NCBI GenBank assembly: GCA_009103225.1 | Contig: RHPI01000638.1 | Location: 62,001-126,000 of the forward strand | Source of the DNA: Chlorokybus atmophyticus | Taxonomy: Eukaryota; Plantae; Mesostigma and Chlorokybus algae | Length of the DNA: 64,000 bases | Direction of reading: 5' to 3' | Part shown: positions 50,664 to 63,963 of the stretch, one piece after another | Layout of the letters: each line of letters starts with the position of its first letter | Position numbering within the stretch: position 1 is the stretch's first letter | The notes under the pieces: model-generated | What the model saw: the letters and a program-made list of their open reading frames with translations, nothing else | The model's database searches: none | Told to the model about the DNA's origin: nothing | Translations under genes and position numbers: made by a program

Positions 50664-51591
50664 TTATGGTTTATCATACAACACAGGCCTGAGATCCCCC
50701 GTGTCAAGCCCGTAAAGCCTGTGCTCCTTCAACAACTTCACCACATCATCACGAACATCTCCTTTCTCCAACTCAACACCGTCGAGCACACGCTTCATCA
50801 CGCGAAATAGCGCTTGCGTGATTTGGCAACAATCCCCATGCGAGACAAACAATACAGCACACCTGGATGAGACAAGTGTTACAAGCTATGATGCGTACAA
50901 CACCAACAGCAACACCAACAACAGTAACCGCAACAACTACTTGCCCGCTGTGTTGGTGTTCGATGCGGGTGACCACGTGCGCGAGCCTCAGGGCCACATC
51001 TGCGACGCTCTCGCCGCCGGGAGAGGGCGGTGAAGTGGGGTCGCGCGCATCCGCAGCCCACGCCAGCGCATACTAAGCGAGCAACAATTATCATATGTTA
51101 TGTGACATAGCAGCATGACACAGCGCACACACCAACACATGCATGCACATTCGCACGCACGCATGCTGGTATACTCATGGTTGCATATGGTGCTGTGCGA
51201 GCATCAAACAGTGTGCGACATATGCTGCATTGTTTGTGTTGTGCAGACATTCAGCAGAACAGAGAACACAACATGCGTTGACAACGAGCAGACACTCACC
51301 ATTGTGTGAGACTGTAGCTCCATCTCTGGCCCGAAATACCGCTCGCGCAACTCCGGCTCAACCTGTGTGTGGTTGTTTAACAGTCGCAGCTCAAGAAGGA
51401 GTCTTCTTATACATCATTGACAGATCACTCAACAATCACTTACTTGTATCCTGGCATCTGAGTCGCTCCAACCCAACACGCGTGACACGTTTTGCGCAGT
51501 TTGCTGCGTGCGTGAGAAGGGCGAAACAACCATCCGCACGCGGTCCAACTCCACGCCTTTCTCAGCAAGAACCTGTTGCCACTGCTTATGA

Positions 51592-51625
<34 letters not shown>

Positions 51626-52190
51626 CGCGCAAGCGTGTGTACACACAACCCACGCACCTGCGCAAACCTCTCGCCCGCAGCAGCTGCCTGCATGTGGCCT
51701 AAAGGGGCGAGCCCGTGCTCCGCTTTAACCCCATTCTCCTGCACGCAAGCAAGTTTGTGAATGAGACAATTGTGGATGCACACCCGTATGTTGCGCGCAT
51801 ACGCACGGCTCTGCAACAGAAAATACGCGCGCATGCGTAAACATGCGCAAAATACTGTATGCATGCTTGCCAACCTTACACTGTGTTCGCACTGGGCTGT
51901 GCAGGTGGAGTACATTGATACACGCTTGTAACGTGCACGTGCACGTGTAAGCGAGTGTGTAAAAACATGCCTGTGCGTATCCTCCCTCATATATACATCA
52001 TACATACAGGGTATACACGCACTATCTTTCTGCTCACCATCTGGCTGACAATGAGTCCCTTCTCATTCGGGACGCTTCGTCCATGCCGCAGCACATAGTA
52101 CGTGTTGCGCGGGGGCGGGGAGTCCGACGCCTCCCTTTTCAACGTGGACAATTGCTGCAGCAGAGCGGAGAGAGCCGTGTCGTCCGCCAT
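50664..52190 (-). CDS. Histidine phosphatase / phosphoglycerate-mutase-like protein, 6 exons
   Basis: YYVLRHGRSVPNEKGLIVS, LAPLGHMQA, VVSPFSRTQQTA, LRERYFG, GGESVADVALR, VLFVSHGDCCQI, HRLYGLDTGDLR. The last intron is GC-AG (50944-50863). Confidence 0.9.
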
Positions 52191-52793
52191 TGGAGCTGAT
52201 GTCTGCAGTGGCAAGGGGATGCATGTCTAAGTAGTTACAACTGACATACATGCATGTGTTGCATGCGAGAAAGCGTGCATGCCCACTTCCGAAGACTGTT
52301 GTTGTTTGAAGTACTGACAACAGACACAGAGTAAGCAGCGATCAACAATGAGACTTGCAGCTCTGAGGTTGACAAAACCACGCCGCATGCTATGAATGTA
52401 CATGTTTATGCCATGCGCCAATGCTTGCATGTGCGTCCAAGCGCACAGAAGCAATGGCACTTTTTGAATTGGTAACACCAGCGCATGCGGTGCTAGCTTA
52501 CCAGTCCAGCTCAGTCACTTGAGTATCGCCGCCACCTCCGCCAACCCACAATGAGCCATGTTAGTGACGGAGTTATATAAGTCTAACACATACCCAATCA
52601 AACGCAGACGGAATGGCAACTAACTGGGAAAGCCGAGGCAATCTAACCGAGAACCAGGCGCGGAGGTGCGTTAACCGTCAGTTAACTACCTTCGCATTAC
52701 GCCACAGCAATTGCCCTGCCAGCGGCGGCGGACACCGACGACGACGACGAGGAGGAGGGGTACCAGGAGTAGTAGGTGCAGCACAGCGTCAAG

Positions 52794-55700
52794 ATGGGTG
52801 CGTACGACGCGGACGTGGCGGCGGCGGCCGCCTCCGTGTCCGCAGCCGAGAGGGACGAGTTCGACTCGGTCACCTATGACAAGATCGTGGGGATGAGCGA
52901 TGTGGATAAGTTGAGGAGGCTCGAACGATACATGCGACTCATGCACTTTCCACAAGTAATAAGTACATGATTCTTGGACAGTTGATAGCTCAGCAAACGG
53001 TGGCTTCTTGCTGTTGTGACTTGACTACATGTCACCTCCCCCCCCCCCCCCCCNNNNNNNNNNNNNNNNNNNNNNNNNNNNNNNNNNNNNNNNNNNNNNN
53101 NNNNNNNNNNNNNNNNNNNNNNNNNNNNNNNNNNNNNNNNNNNNNNNNNNNNNNNNNNNNNNNNNNNNNNNNNNNNNNNNNNNNNNNNNNNNNNNNNNNN
53201 NNNNNNNNNNNNNNNNNNNNNNNNNNNNNNNNNNNNNNNNCCCCCCCCCCCCCCCCCCCCCCCCTTCTTTCTCAGCCTTTGACAAGTAACAGGTTTTCTG
53301 AGAGTTCACGTTTGCTGTTTTCAACTAGTCATGGGGCTTCCCCGACTATTGTTTAACACCTTGTAAACTTGATATTTTAAATATGATCAAGGCGAACAAC
53401 CAATCAGTTAAACAAGTGCAAAGGCCTGTGTCGCTTTGGACTTGGGATGATTGTTGTGTGTTGACAGGGTATGTGTTGGGTGTTGTCCGGTGTGGGGTGT
53501 AACGGGATACAGCTATTATGTACAGGAGAAGTCTTGTCAATTGCAAGTTCGTCATGTAGTGGGTGGAGTGGGTGAAGTGGGTGAGCAGCACTGTGGTGTG
53601 ATAATGTCTTCTGGACATGCATAAGAGATGCCACGCACACGCACATGCATAGTGCACATGCTCCTGCGTGTACGCGTATCACACACGCACATGCTGTCAC
53701 ACACTCGCATGCGTGCATGCATACACACCTATTTCGATACTTCGTGCTGCATTGCACTGAAAGCCAAGTACAGACCTACGACAGTTCTTTCTGCTTTCAC
53801 AGACGGCGGATGTGGCATCCTCGCGCCTATCCGACCTCGGCGTCAAACCATCCGCGCCCAACGCCCTCAACTCAAACAATACCAACAACATCAACAGTAA
53901 GAGCGCCGACGCTGAAGTCGACAACTTCCTTCGCGAGCTCTCCGCATGGCAGGTGAGACTGGCAAGACTCGTACATGAAAAGCACAAGTTGGCACGTCGA
54001 CACATATGTATGACACAACATGTGTGCACATGATTGCGTGTGTTTTATCAGGCTAGTGTGAAGGAGGCTGATGCAGAGCTGAGAACGGTCTCCAGCAGCA
54101 ACAACAAACCCGAGGCAATACACAACTCCACAACAACAGCAACAACAGTGCGCAGCAGCAGCAACAACACGAATGACAGCAACAACACAAACATCAACAA
54201 TGCCATCATCAATAACAGTAACAACACGCCCGCTTCAAGTACAAGCATGAGTCAAAAAGACCCGAAAGATATCCGCAGCGGGGCCAATTATTACCGAAAA
54301 TGGGATGAATTTACTGAAAAGGCTATGAAGGACGACGATAGAGAGGACGATAATAATGATATCAAGGCCAAGCCTGCTGCATCGACGGCGTCATCAGCGA
54401 AGCCAAAGGCGGCATGCGTGGTGGAGGCGATGGCGGATGCGACGGATATCGAGCGTGCGTGGGCGGCCGAGAGGGAAAAGGTGGGTGTGTGGGTGGGTTG
54501 GTGGTAGAGTGGCTTTGGAGCATCAGAGGTTGATGTTGGGTTGTGTGTCTTAGGAAAAAGGCAACGAGCTGTTCCGATCTAGGGACTACACTGCGGCAAT
54601 CGAGGCTTACACCCTTAGCCTCCAGCTCTGTCCACCTGAGCAGGTACACTATACACATGCACTTTTCTATGAATACATGCATGTGTACACGCGTGTGTGT
54701 ATGCGGGTTGGATAGAAAGGGTCAGGGCATGCACGCACATACGTGCACAAGCCCATGCGCATGAGCACGCACCACCACCTCGCACGCAACCCATGCGGGA
54801 ATGCATGCGCACATACGCGCACGCACAAATACAGGCGTGTATGCGCGTGTGTGTACGCATAGACAGACAGAAGTACACACATATCATTTCCCTTTTAGGC
54901 CCCTCTCGTGCTGGCAAACCGCGCGGCCGCGCACCTCAAGACTCGCCAATGGTCCGAAGCCGAGTCCGACGCCACAGCCGCAATAACCCGTCTATCAACA
55001 CCACCACACCACAACACCATCACCACCACCAACAACAACAACCCCCTCAGGGTCAAGGTGTTGCTTCGGCGTGCGTGCGCGCGCCTCGAGCTGGAAGGCA
55101 AGGCGGGCGCGGCTCTGGCCGATATCGACGCGGGACTGGATATCGACCCCGGGAGCAAAGAGCTCCAGGTGCTGAAGATACGCGCTGAGAAGGCACTCGC
55201 TAAGAGCCGAGCCAAGACGGATAACGATGGTTGTATGGGTGTCGCTGCTCCGGCACCTGTTGGCAAGAAGGTCGTGATTGAGGAGGTTGATGGGGAGGAG
55301 GATGAGGAAGAGGAGGAGGAGGATGACAAGGAGAAGGCGGAGGAGAAGGTGGAGGAGGAGGAGAAGGTGGAGGAGGAGAAGGAGATGGAGAAGGTGGTGG
55401 TGGAGGAAGACGAGGCGGAGGATGAGGGGGCGAAGAGGAGGAGAGAGGCTGAGGAGGCGAGAGAGGCTGGCAATGCTTGCGTGCGGGCCGGCGATTATCA
55501 GGTGCGCACACACCACATGTACCAATGCATGCTGAACCCACAAACAGAGTTGCATCGAGGCATCAAGGCCCGCACAAGAGAAAGGCATGCACACAATGTT
55601 ATGCACAGACACACAGACATACACAGTCACACGCACGCTGATGCACGCCCCCACAAAAGCGCATGCAAAAAGCGCACACGTACACACTCGTGCACAACCT

Positions 55701-57791
55701 CATGCATGCGGGTGCGCACACACGTGCTCGCGCGCATGCGCATGTGCACACGCACAGGCATGCACATCAGTTGCACAAGCACACACACCTTACACAGCCA
55801 CCTTGTACCAACTCATTCCGCTGCTGCGTGTCTGCAGACCGCAGAGGCTCACTACACGCGCAGCATCGACATCTCCCCCGTCCCCGACCCCCGCACCCAC
55901 TCCAACCGCGCTCTCTGCCACCTTCGCCTCAACAACTACACCTCTGCCCTGGATGACTGCACCACCGCCTTGACCCACATACCCACCCAACATGACCCCC
56001 ATCTTAGGGCCAAAGTCCTCCACCGCCGCGCCACGGCTCTGATACACTTGGGCAGGAAGAAGGAGGCGTATCAGGATTACGTGGGCGTGTTGGAGATTGT
56101 GCCGACCGATGTGGAAGTGAAGCAAGTGGTGGATAAGTTGAGGGGTGAGATTGAGAGGGAGAAGGAGGAGGAGGCGTATAGACCGATGAGGAAGGGGGCG
56201 ATGGTGATTGAGGAGGTGGAGGCGGAGGAGGAGGTGAAGGTGACCGAGAAGGACCAGAAGGTGAAGGAGGTCAAGGAAAAGGAGGTCCAGGAGATGGAGG
56301 TGAAGGACAACAAGGAGACCAGACAGGAGGAGAGGGAAAACAAGGAGGTGGAGGAGAATAAACAGGTGAAGGACCGGGCAAGGGAGGCAGATAAGGCCAG
56401 GGAGAAGGGTAACGAGGAGTTCAAGGCGGCGAACTATCAGCAGGTGGGGGATTGCAATGATTTGTACAAGTTCTCATCACATGCTGCACCGTAGGCACGC
56501 CCACGCCCATGCACGTGCACACGCACATGTGCACGCATACCCCCACCCCCACCTAAGCCACCCACAGAAGACTTCGACACCAGCGCACACTAACATGTGT
56601 GCTTGCATTATTGCGTGCAGGCGCTGGAGTGGTACTCGGTGTCGCTGGAGTTCGTCCCCAACAGCGCTGCCGTCCTTAGCAACCGCGCCCTCTGCCGCCT
56701 GCGCTTGGGCGACTACGCCGGCGCAGAGAAGGACGCCGCCGCCGCCCTCGCCTCAGACCCAACGTACATACAAAGCATCGCTAATCACAAGATGAACTTG
56801 TCCCAACCCAACATGCATTCCACCCTGTTGTAGGTTCACTAAGGCGCTGCATCGGAGGGCTATTGCGAGGCGAGGGATGAGGCGGTTTGAGGAGGCGAGA
56901 GAGGACTATGAGGGTGTGTTGCGTGCTTTGCCGGGCAATGCACAGGTTTGTACTTGTTATTCTGGTAGTTATGTTGCATGATGAGTGTTTGTTGTTGTCT
57001 TGGATTGTTGCTCAAGTGGTATGCGTTGTGTATACACAACAGGTCTATGCTGAGTTAGACAGCTTGTTGGCTGAGATGGGATCGGTCAACACAACCACAC
57101 CAGCGACAACACAACAACAAACCGGCAAGCAGCACAAACAGACAATAAGCAAAGAAGGAAAGCAGACACAACAACAGCCACGTGACAATAACGAACAAGT
57201 AGAGGTGTTGAAACCGACCACGCAACAAAAACAGCCGCATAAAGTTGATGAGACGGTGGAAAGAGTTGCAGCGCTAGCCAACAGCAGAGCTGTTCAGGTA
57301 ACTTAGGGTTCCAACAGCATTGCATTACTAAGTAACACACGCACGTGCAAGCGCACACTGTGTGCCAGCATGTATGTGTGAAGTTGCTTATCAAGTTGTA
57401 TTGTTGTGTTCAGGCCTTGCCTCCAACCCCGCGCAATGCAACCGAGTTTGAGCGCGCATGCACGCTGCTACGTGGTGATACATCCTCCCTCACTGCGTAC
57501 GTGCGTTCCATCCCTTTAAGCACCTACCCTCGCATCTTCGGCGATCTCCTCAGCGCGGGGATGATATCCGCCTTTGTGGGCGTCGTTGCGGATATTACTA
57601 CTACCAGCGATGTCAAGGAAGCGTTCGATATCTTGCATGCGCTCAGTACGGTGAATCGGTTTAGCATGGCTGCTATGCTTTTGCCGAAGAAGGATAAGGA
57701 GTTGTTGAAGGGTGTGTTTGATGCACTTGCGGCATCGTTGGAGCTGAATGCGGATGCTGTGGGCTCGCTACGCAAAGTGTATCGGTCGTGA
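52794..57791 (+). CDS. SPAG1: SPAG1-like co-chaperone: N-terminal SPAG1 motif, three TPR clamps and an RPAP3_C domain
   Basis: N-terminal YDKIVGMSDVDKLRRLERYMRLMHFPQ|TADVASSRL; IRSGANYYRKWDEF; three clamps (EKGNELF, EAGNACV, EKGNEEF, each with a NRA motif and KxLxRR); C-terminal PPTPRNATEFE...LSTVNRFSMAAMLL. Intron 1 spans gap 53054-53240. Confidence 0.82.
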
Positions 57792-58382
57792 TGTTACTGC
57801 TCGCTGTACTTTTATGGAGCGACTGTGCAGTTTGTAGAGAAATCTAAGGTCGTAACTTACCAGGGTGGGGCTTCTGTATACTATGTATGTGACTAAGACC
57901 ATATTCCAACTCCTAGTGTTGGATCTATTTGCTTGTGTGCTGTGAAGAGAACATCAGTGTTCCAGTAAATGTTCTTGGACTTGTGTTGGTCGCATTGTGC
58001 TGCCACAAAATTTGCTCGCCACATGCAGTGGATAAGCAGCACAGCCATCTGATGCAGCACAGACGGTTTTTTTTTTGTTTTTTTTATTGCGGTATGCAGG
58101 GCCTGCGGCAGGCCGCCTGCCCCTATCGTATGTGAAACTATTCGGTGAGTTGTGGCAGAGCAGCTGGGCGCGAGTCCACAGCTCTGTTCGTGCATGCGTG
58201 TGCGCTGGCCCGCGTGCTTGCAGATGCATACAAGTGCCCATTGCACAGCATGCATGTGTGTGTGCTGCATACTTGACTATGACTTATACCTGACACGAGT
58301 GTGTGCACGCGCGCCACGCGCACGCGAGTTTGTAAGCATACGCGTTTCAAGAAGTGTTTCTGCTCCTTACGCCATTGCAACA

Positions 58383-58777
58383 GGTGCCTCTGCCTTCGGG
58401 GTGCTTCACACGCCCATCATCTCCCCGCCAGCTGCTTCCCGTCACCTCCACCATCAAAGCCACGCCCTTCCTCCTCCACCCTCCCCCGAACCATCTCATT
58501 CTCCACCCTCACCCAAGCTCTTCCCTCCACCACCTTCATACAAGCCCTCCCGCCACCGCTCGAGCACAAGCCCTCCCCCGCCCCCCAAGAAGGACACCAT
58601 CTCAAGGAAGTTCCCACCACCTCCTCATGCTGTCCACAAGTCCACGGAAGTTCTTCAACCTCAATTACCATTGACACACAAGCGTACCACGGAAGTTTGA
58701 CACCTCCAAGCAGGACTGCACGCCGAAGAAGGATGATACCGCGAGAAGAGATTTCCCGAAGTGGGGACACTAGCTGA
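58383..58777 (+). CDS. Possible Pro/Ser/His-rich (extensin-like) exon; reading frame and 5' exons unresolved
   Basis: Follows acceptor gcaacag. Two overlapping Pro-rich frames end at 58700 and 58777; candidate upstream exon ends ttcg|gtgagt at ~58143. Confidence 0.25.
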
Positions 58778-59440
58778 AGTAGCTAAACATCAGAAACTAT
58801 TATAGCATCGAATACCCATGGCACAGCCGCAACCCTGCAGCCTTCCACCCCACCCCACTCAAGTACACTCATAAGAGGACAATAGGTTTGGCTCGGAAGG
58901 CAATCTAGTCATACAATTCCATATAGCTCATCAGACAAATGTAAACATCTCGCCTTGCGCAATGCCGGTCTCATTGGGCTTTCAATTGATGTTATGCTGC
59001 ACCAGCTCAACATATGCCAGTTCTCATGTACAACACATCCATGAGGAGCAGAGTGACTAGCCTTCCCACCTTTCCCTCTTACCACTCCTCTCCACCCTGT
59101 TTGAAGCACAGCTGCCACAATACCAAGAAAGCAAGTATAATTACTCGTAGTAGCAATATGCATGTGCGCTCCAGCGGGTGCCCCATGCATGCTGCCCTCT
59201 ATTGGTGTACATGTGGAAGTACAGTAGGCCTTTTCCTATTCCTAATAGGCGTACCACTGTGATGCTTCTCCCTGTGCGATGGACAGATACAGAACCAACA
59301 GCACCACACAACACGCATGAAGCCCTCAACTGTGCTGCCAATAACTTATATGTACACTAGTGACACTAGCCCTATACTGCCCTACGCTAGGCACAGATAC
59401 GCCGACACAACAAGTAACTTAGCGCAACAGGTGTCCACCT

Positions 59441-61474
59441 TCAGAGCGGTTCAAACGGTCGGTCAAGCTGCAGCCAATTATTGTCAGCCCACCTGCTGCC
59501 CTCCCCTTCAATGAAATGCACGCTGTAGGCGTGCCTGGAGAGAGGGGACTTATTCTCGTGACTCATATGGACAAGCGTGCCATGAAGCAGCACCAGCGAG
59601 CCCGCCTTCACCTCAAGCGGGACCAACTCCGTCAAATCAAATTGCCCGTGGGGGTTGTTGAATGATGCAGTGTCGCTGCCCGGCTCACGGATGAAGCGCC
59701 TGTGTATGGGATCAGACTTGTGCGAGCCCGGCGTGGCCCACAAACACCCGTTCTCCTTGTTCGCGTCTTCTAGCGCTACCCAAAGACCGATTGTGGATGG
59801 CGGGTCGGTGTAGAGGAATGTGGAGTCTTGATGAGGCACTACCTCACCTCCTATGCCAGGTTGCTGCATACATGCATTGATGGTTACCATGAAGATAGGT
59901 GCTGCCAAGCGAAGAAGGTGATGGTTGTAGTGCATACACCTGTCTGCGTCGCTTATTGTACCTTGAATATGTACATGGACTGGATGGGAGTGGCTTGCTT
60001 GTAACCGATTGAGCGCAGAACAGCTGCCATTTTTGGAGAACGAGAAAAGCTCCTGAACACTGGATCAACATCGTGCAGCGCGTGACCAACCTGTGCCAGA
60101 AGTGAACTTCTTTATCAGCTACCACGGGAACAGTAGCGAGTAAGTCAAACACTACTACTAGTTAACCCACCTTGTTGATTGATAACGACTTGGGACCTTT
60201 GAGATTGCCCTCGTCATCAAAGGCGTCCTCTTCAAAGAAAAAAGAAATGTTGCTGGCGCTGTTGAAGAAGTAGTCATTGGTCGTCTTGGCCTGATCTCTG
60301 AAACAACGCAACAACAATATGGTTCACTGCATGCGCTTATTAATCGCTCAGGCATGGGGTGCAACTCTGAAGCACAAGTCTTACCGCGATGAGAAAACGG
60401 AGATGTCACGCGGATTGAATTCCTCTACCAATTCTTGCATGCGTTGTCGCAAAGCCAACAACTGAACTGTGCTAGCGAAGTCTGTAATGACAAGGTAACC
60501 ATCTCGTTCATAGTCCGCAACTTGCTGCGTAGAGAAGTACAGAAGATTTGAATAGACTTATGCGAGATGACGCTTTTTTACAAACAAACAAGACGATTGG
60601 GATCAACCAGCTAAATTCTTCAGCGTGAATGCGACAGAGAGGCCACTTGTGACTTACGTATTAGTCACATTGTCTGAAGCAGAACGCAAAGAATGATATG
60701 CAGCATTGCAAATGTGCAGTTTCTTTGACTGCTGGTCTCTAATACTAGTACTAAGTGCAGGTGCAGTGTTAATACATTAACCTAAAAGCTTGAACCGATT
60801 GCAAACGCAACCTAATCCTAGTCGCATCGAAAGAACAACAAATGGCCGAAACAGCTGATGTTGTGCCTGTCAATGTCAATATAAATACTTCCGGCATCAG
60901 CAAGTGACGTAATTGCTTTGATCTGTCACAACACAGCGTTATCGTCTAGTTGCTAATTGGTCTATAGTGTTCAGGCCTCTCGTACTTTACAACTTGACAA
61001 TTGATGTATTGCAACCCAGAGTCACCATGAAACGCTATGCTTGACAAGCACGAAGAACAATGCGAACGCGATCCCTCTAAGCCAACTGCGCAAAGGAGCA
61101 ACTTTCACTGATTGGACTGACACACACACACACACACACATACACACACACACTACCTCTTTTGTCAACAGCCCGTCCACCGCTGCGCTGGGCATCCCCA
61201 CTTGCCCAGTAACAGTAGCAGCAGCAATCGTGGCCTGGTCTGCCCTCCTCCTGCGCCCCCGACTCGCCCTCAGCCTCAAATCGGCAGCAGCAGTGTCGAT
61301 TGCCTCATGCTTCTTCAAGCTCGCAGCATGTTGCCCTTCAACCCTGCTACTTGACCTGGCAGCAACCCTGCGACTAGATTTGACCTGGATGTTTGCTCCA
61401 AACAAACATCTATCTCTGCTGCAGGACGATGACGTCCCAACCGCCACTGCCACTGCCGCCGCCGCTACCGCCAT
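59441..61474 (-). CDS. PHYHD1: Phytanoyl-CoA dioxygenase family (PHYHD1-like) 2OG-Fe(II) oxygenase with a long N-terminal transit-like extension, 5 exons
   Basis: Exon 1 61474-61157 ends GLLTKE|[13 protein letters not shown]; then [78 protein letters not shown]...R. Confidence 0.92.
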
Positions 61475-61781
61475 GCCGTGCCTGCAGCCCTAATTCAAGT
61501 TGACGTGGCATGTGCTTGCACTGATTCAATTGTTGCGCAAAATTGATTCAAGAATCTACACAGAACTTCTTGACAGTTGTGGTTCTAACTAATCCGGATC
61601 TAAGCAACCGCGAGAAACGTAAGCAATCTGAACAATTCAAAACTGGCGCCAAGTCGCGCCACACAATAGAAATTTGGCAAAGCTCCCAACAGTAGCGTTG
61701 GTTGGCTTGGTGTTGTGACGGCTTCAGCGGTGTGCGCATGCGCGTGCGCGTGCGCGTGCGCGTGTGCGTGTGTGAGTGAGT

Positions 61782-61783
<2 letters not shown>

Positions 61784-61846
<63 letters not shown>
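61784..61846. repeat. (GA)n microsatellite
   Basis: Seen directly. Confidence 0.97.
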
Positions 61847-61847
<1 letters not shown>

Positions 61848-62034
61848 CCGTCGCAATATGTTTTCCCTGCCGGCCGACTAAATATTGGCAACGGCCGTGC
61901 ACCTAAGGACACTAATCTAGACTGTCGTGGCTCAGTCCACCTGTAATCTTGATACAGGGACCTAAAAGTAATTTTCGTTACTATCAGGCCCTTTTTGTTA
62001 CAATTTAGTCTTTAACAGTTGACTGTGGCTAATA

Positions 62035-62308
62035 ACAGGCGCCTGTTAGTTACCTATTAGGCCCTAACAGATGACTTTATATAATTCACAGGCACTGGTT
62101 AGTTACACATCAGGCCTTAACAAGTGGCTTTATATAATTTACAGGCACCTGTAAGTTACACATCAGGCCTTAACAGGTGACTACACCTAATTAGCAGGCA
62201 CTTGCAAATTACACATCAGTCTTATGTAAGTGACTCAGCCTATGTGACAGGCACCTGCAGGTTACACACCAGTCCAGCGCAGGCGACTAAGCCTAATTCA
62301 CAAGCACC
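62035..62308 (+). repeat. 53-bp minisatellite, at least 5 units
   Basis: Units start at 62035, 62088, 62141, 62194, 62247 and 62300 (acaggcacctgtaagttacacatcaggccttaacaggtgact...); related to the 4466-4624 units. Confidence 0.92.
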
Positions 62309-62667
62309 AAATACGTAATATCGACAAGTTAAGGCATTCTTTAACAACTGAAGGTGACTAATGCCTAACTGTCGTCATATGTATTTGCATAGCTTGACTA
62401 CACGCGACTGTCACTGACTGCCAGCATTGTTATGTGCATGTGCTGTGTACAGGTACTTGAAATGTGTACAGTGTCTCTCAGTCACTTGCCAAGGCTTGTA
62501 GTTCAATTTTGTGACTCGAATGCAGTTCTGTTGTATATTATAGGGATGCAAGTATTGACATGAATGAGCATAATGACAATTGACTGAGCTGGTTTAAGAT
62601 GCACAACACTCAGTCACAAGAGCCTTGTAGCTATGTACAATACCAGCTAAACGGACTACCAACTGCG

Positions 62668-63963
62668 CTACAGCTCCTCTCCATCATCGCTGATCTCGTC
62701 ATTACGGAACAAAGCACCACGCGCTGGGGCCTGTGGAGGAGACGCCGGAGCTTGCTCTTCCTCCTCAAACGGTTGTGCCAGCCAATCAATTGCCGATTCT
62801 ACCTCAGCGAGCGGGTCACGAGCTGCTGTCTCTTGCAGCCAGCGCCGATTGGGATCTTTCAGGTATTTGACACAAGATGCAGTGCGGCGTTTCACAAGGG
62901 TGAATGGCTGGAGGGCTGCGTACCATTGCCTCATCTCCCGCTTCATTGACATGATCATGGTGTTGATTTCGCTGAGGTACTCTTCATGTTTGTCTATGCT
63001 GGCAGCTAGGAGAGGGTCTCCATCCTTGCCCTTAAGGATGCGCTCCACCTGCGTAGTTTACAGGCATGTCTTAGTGGCATCAAAAGCCACTATTCACTGC
63101 AACGCGTCTGCAAGCCTGTAGTCTGGGGCTACAGCATTCCTGAATTGCTAATGATGGAGTTCAGAGTGCTCACCGTAAGCAACAGGTATGCGAGGTGGTT
63201 GACTGTCAGCTGCCGGCGACCAGGTGTAGTGACGGCGTAAGACCAGCATTGCACGATCATTTGCCAGATTATGGGATTGCCCCATTCATGGATGTATCTC
63301 CTCCGCTCCGGGTCTGCAGTGTCGGTCACCTCAAATCTCCGCCATGACTTATCTGCGACAGGCATACCGACAAGGCATTAGTTACGAGATAGATAGTTCA
63401 AGTTGAGCCTGCACCAGGCTAAAATAGTGCATGTGACTTACTTTGGAGCGCGTTGCGCATCTGGGCTTTTTGGGTCTCGGGGTCCATAAGGGCGTCGATG
63501 TGCCTGATTGAATCGGTTACAATAGGCGAGATGAGTACGTGTGTATGGAGGCTGAGTAAGAAGCCAGTGTTGCATAGCAGACGTGGTGGTGAGGGACCCA
63601 ACTCACTTGCGCTTTTTGCTGTTAAACTGTTGACATACACACGTGCAAGTGACATGCCAACAACATCAACACAAGAGCATGACTGCTGCTGCCGCCATAG
63701 CATCCGCACACATGCTACATCGTGACCTCTTTTCTTCATTGCAACAAGTCTGGGCTTTATACCCCGCCAGTCTCTACACACGTCTACATTGGCAAGCACC
63801 GCGTGCGCTATACTCAGCCGATTGCTGTTCTGTAAGCTACGCTGTCTAGCTCACAACCAGAGCTTTTCAACAAGCTTAACCACGCCTGCTAAGCTTACGT
63901 ATCCACGAAGCTACGCGATTTCTCCCAAGGCTCTACCAAGCAGCCTGGTCCGGAGTCCGTCAT
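62668..63963 (-). CDS. Orphan protein, 5 exons
   Basis: MTDSGPGCLVEPWEKSRSFVDT|LQNSNRLSIAHAVLANVDVCRDWRGIKP...|AKSASELGP...MRNALQ|NKSWRRFEV...HLAYLLLT|VERILKG...EISDDGEEL*, with phase-consistent GT-AG introns. Confidence 0.7.

Noticed and set aside
62035-62308. CRISPR array
   Set aside because: The whole 53-bp unit is repeated with no unique spacers, the context is eukaryotic, and there are no cas genes.
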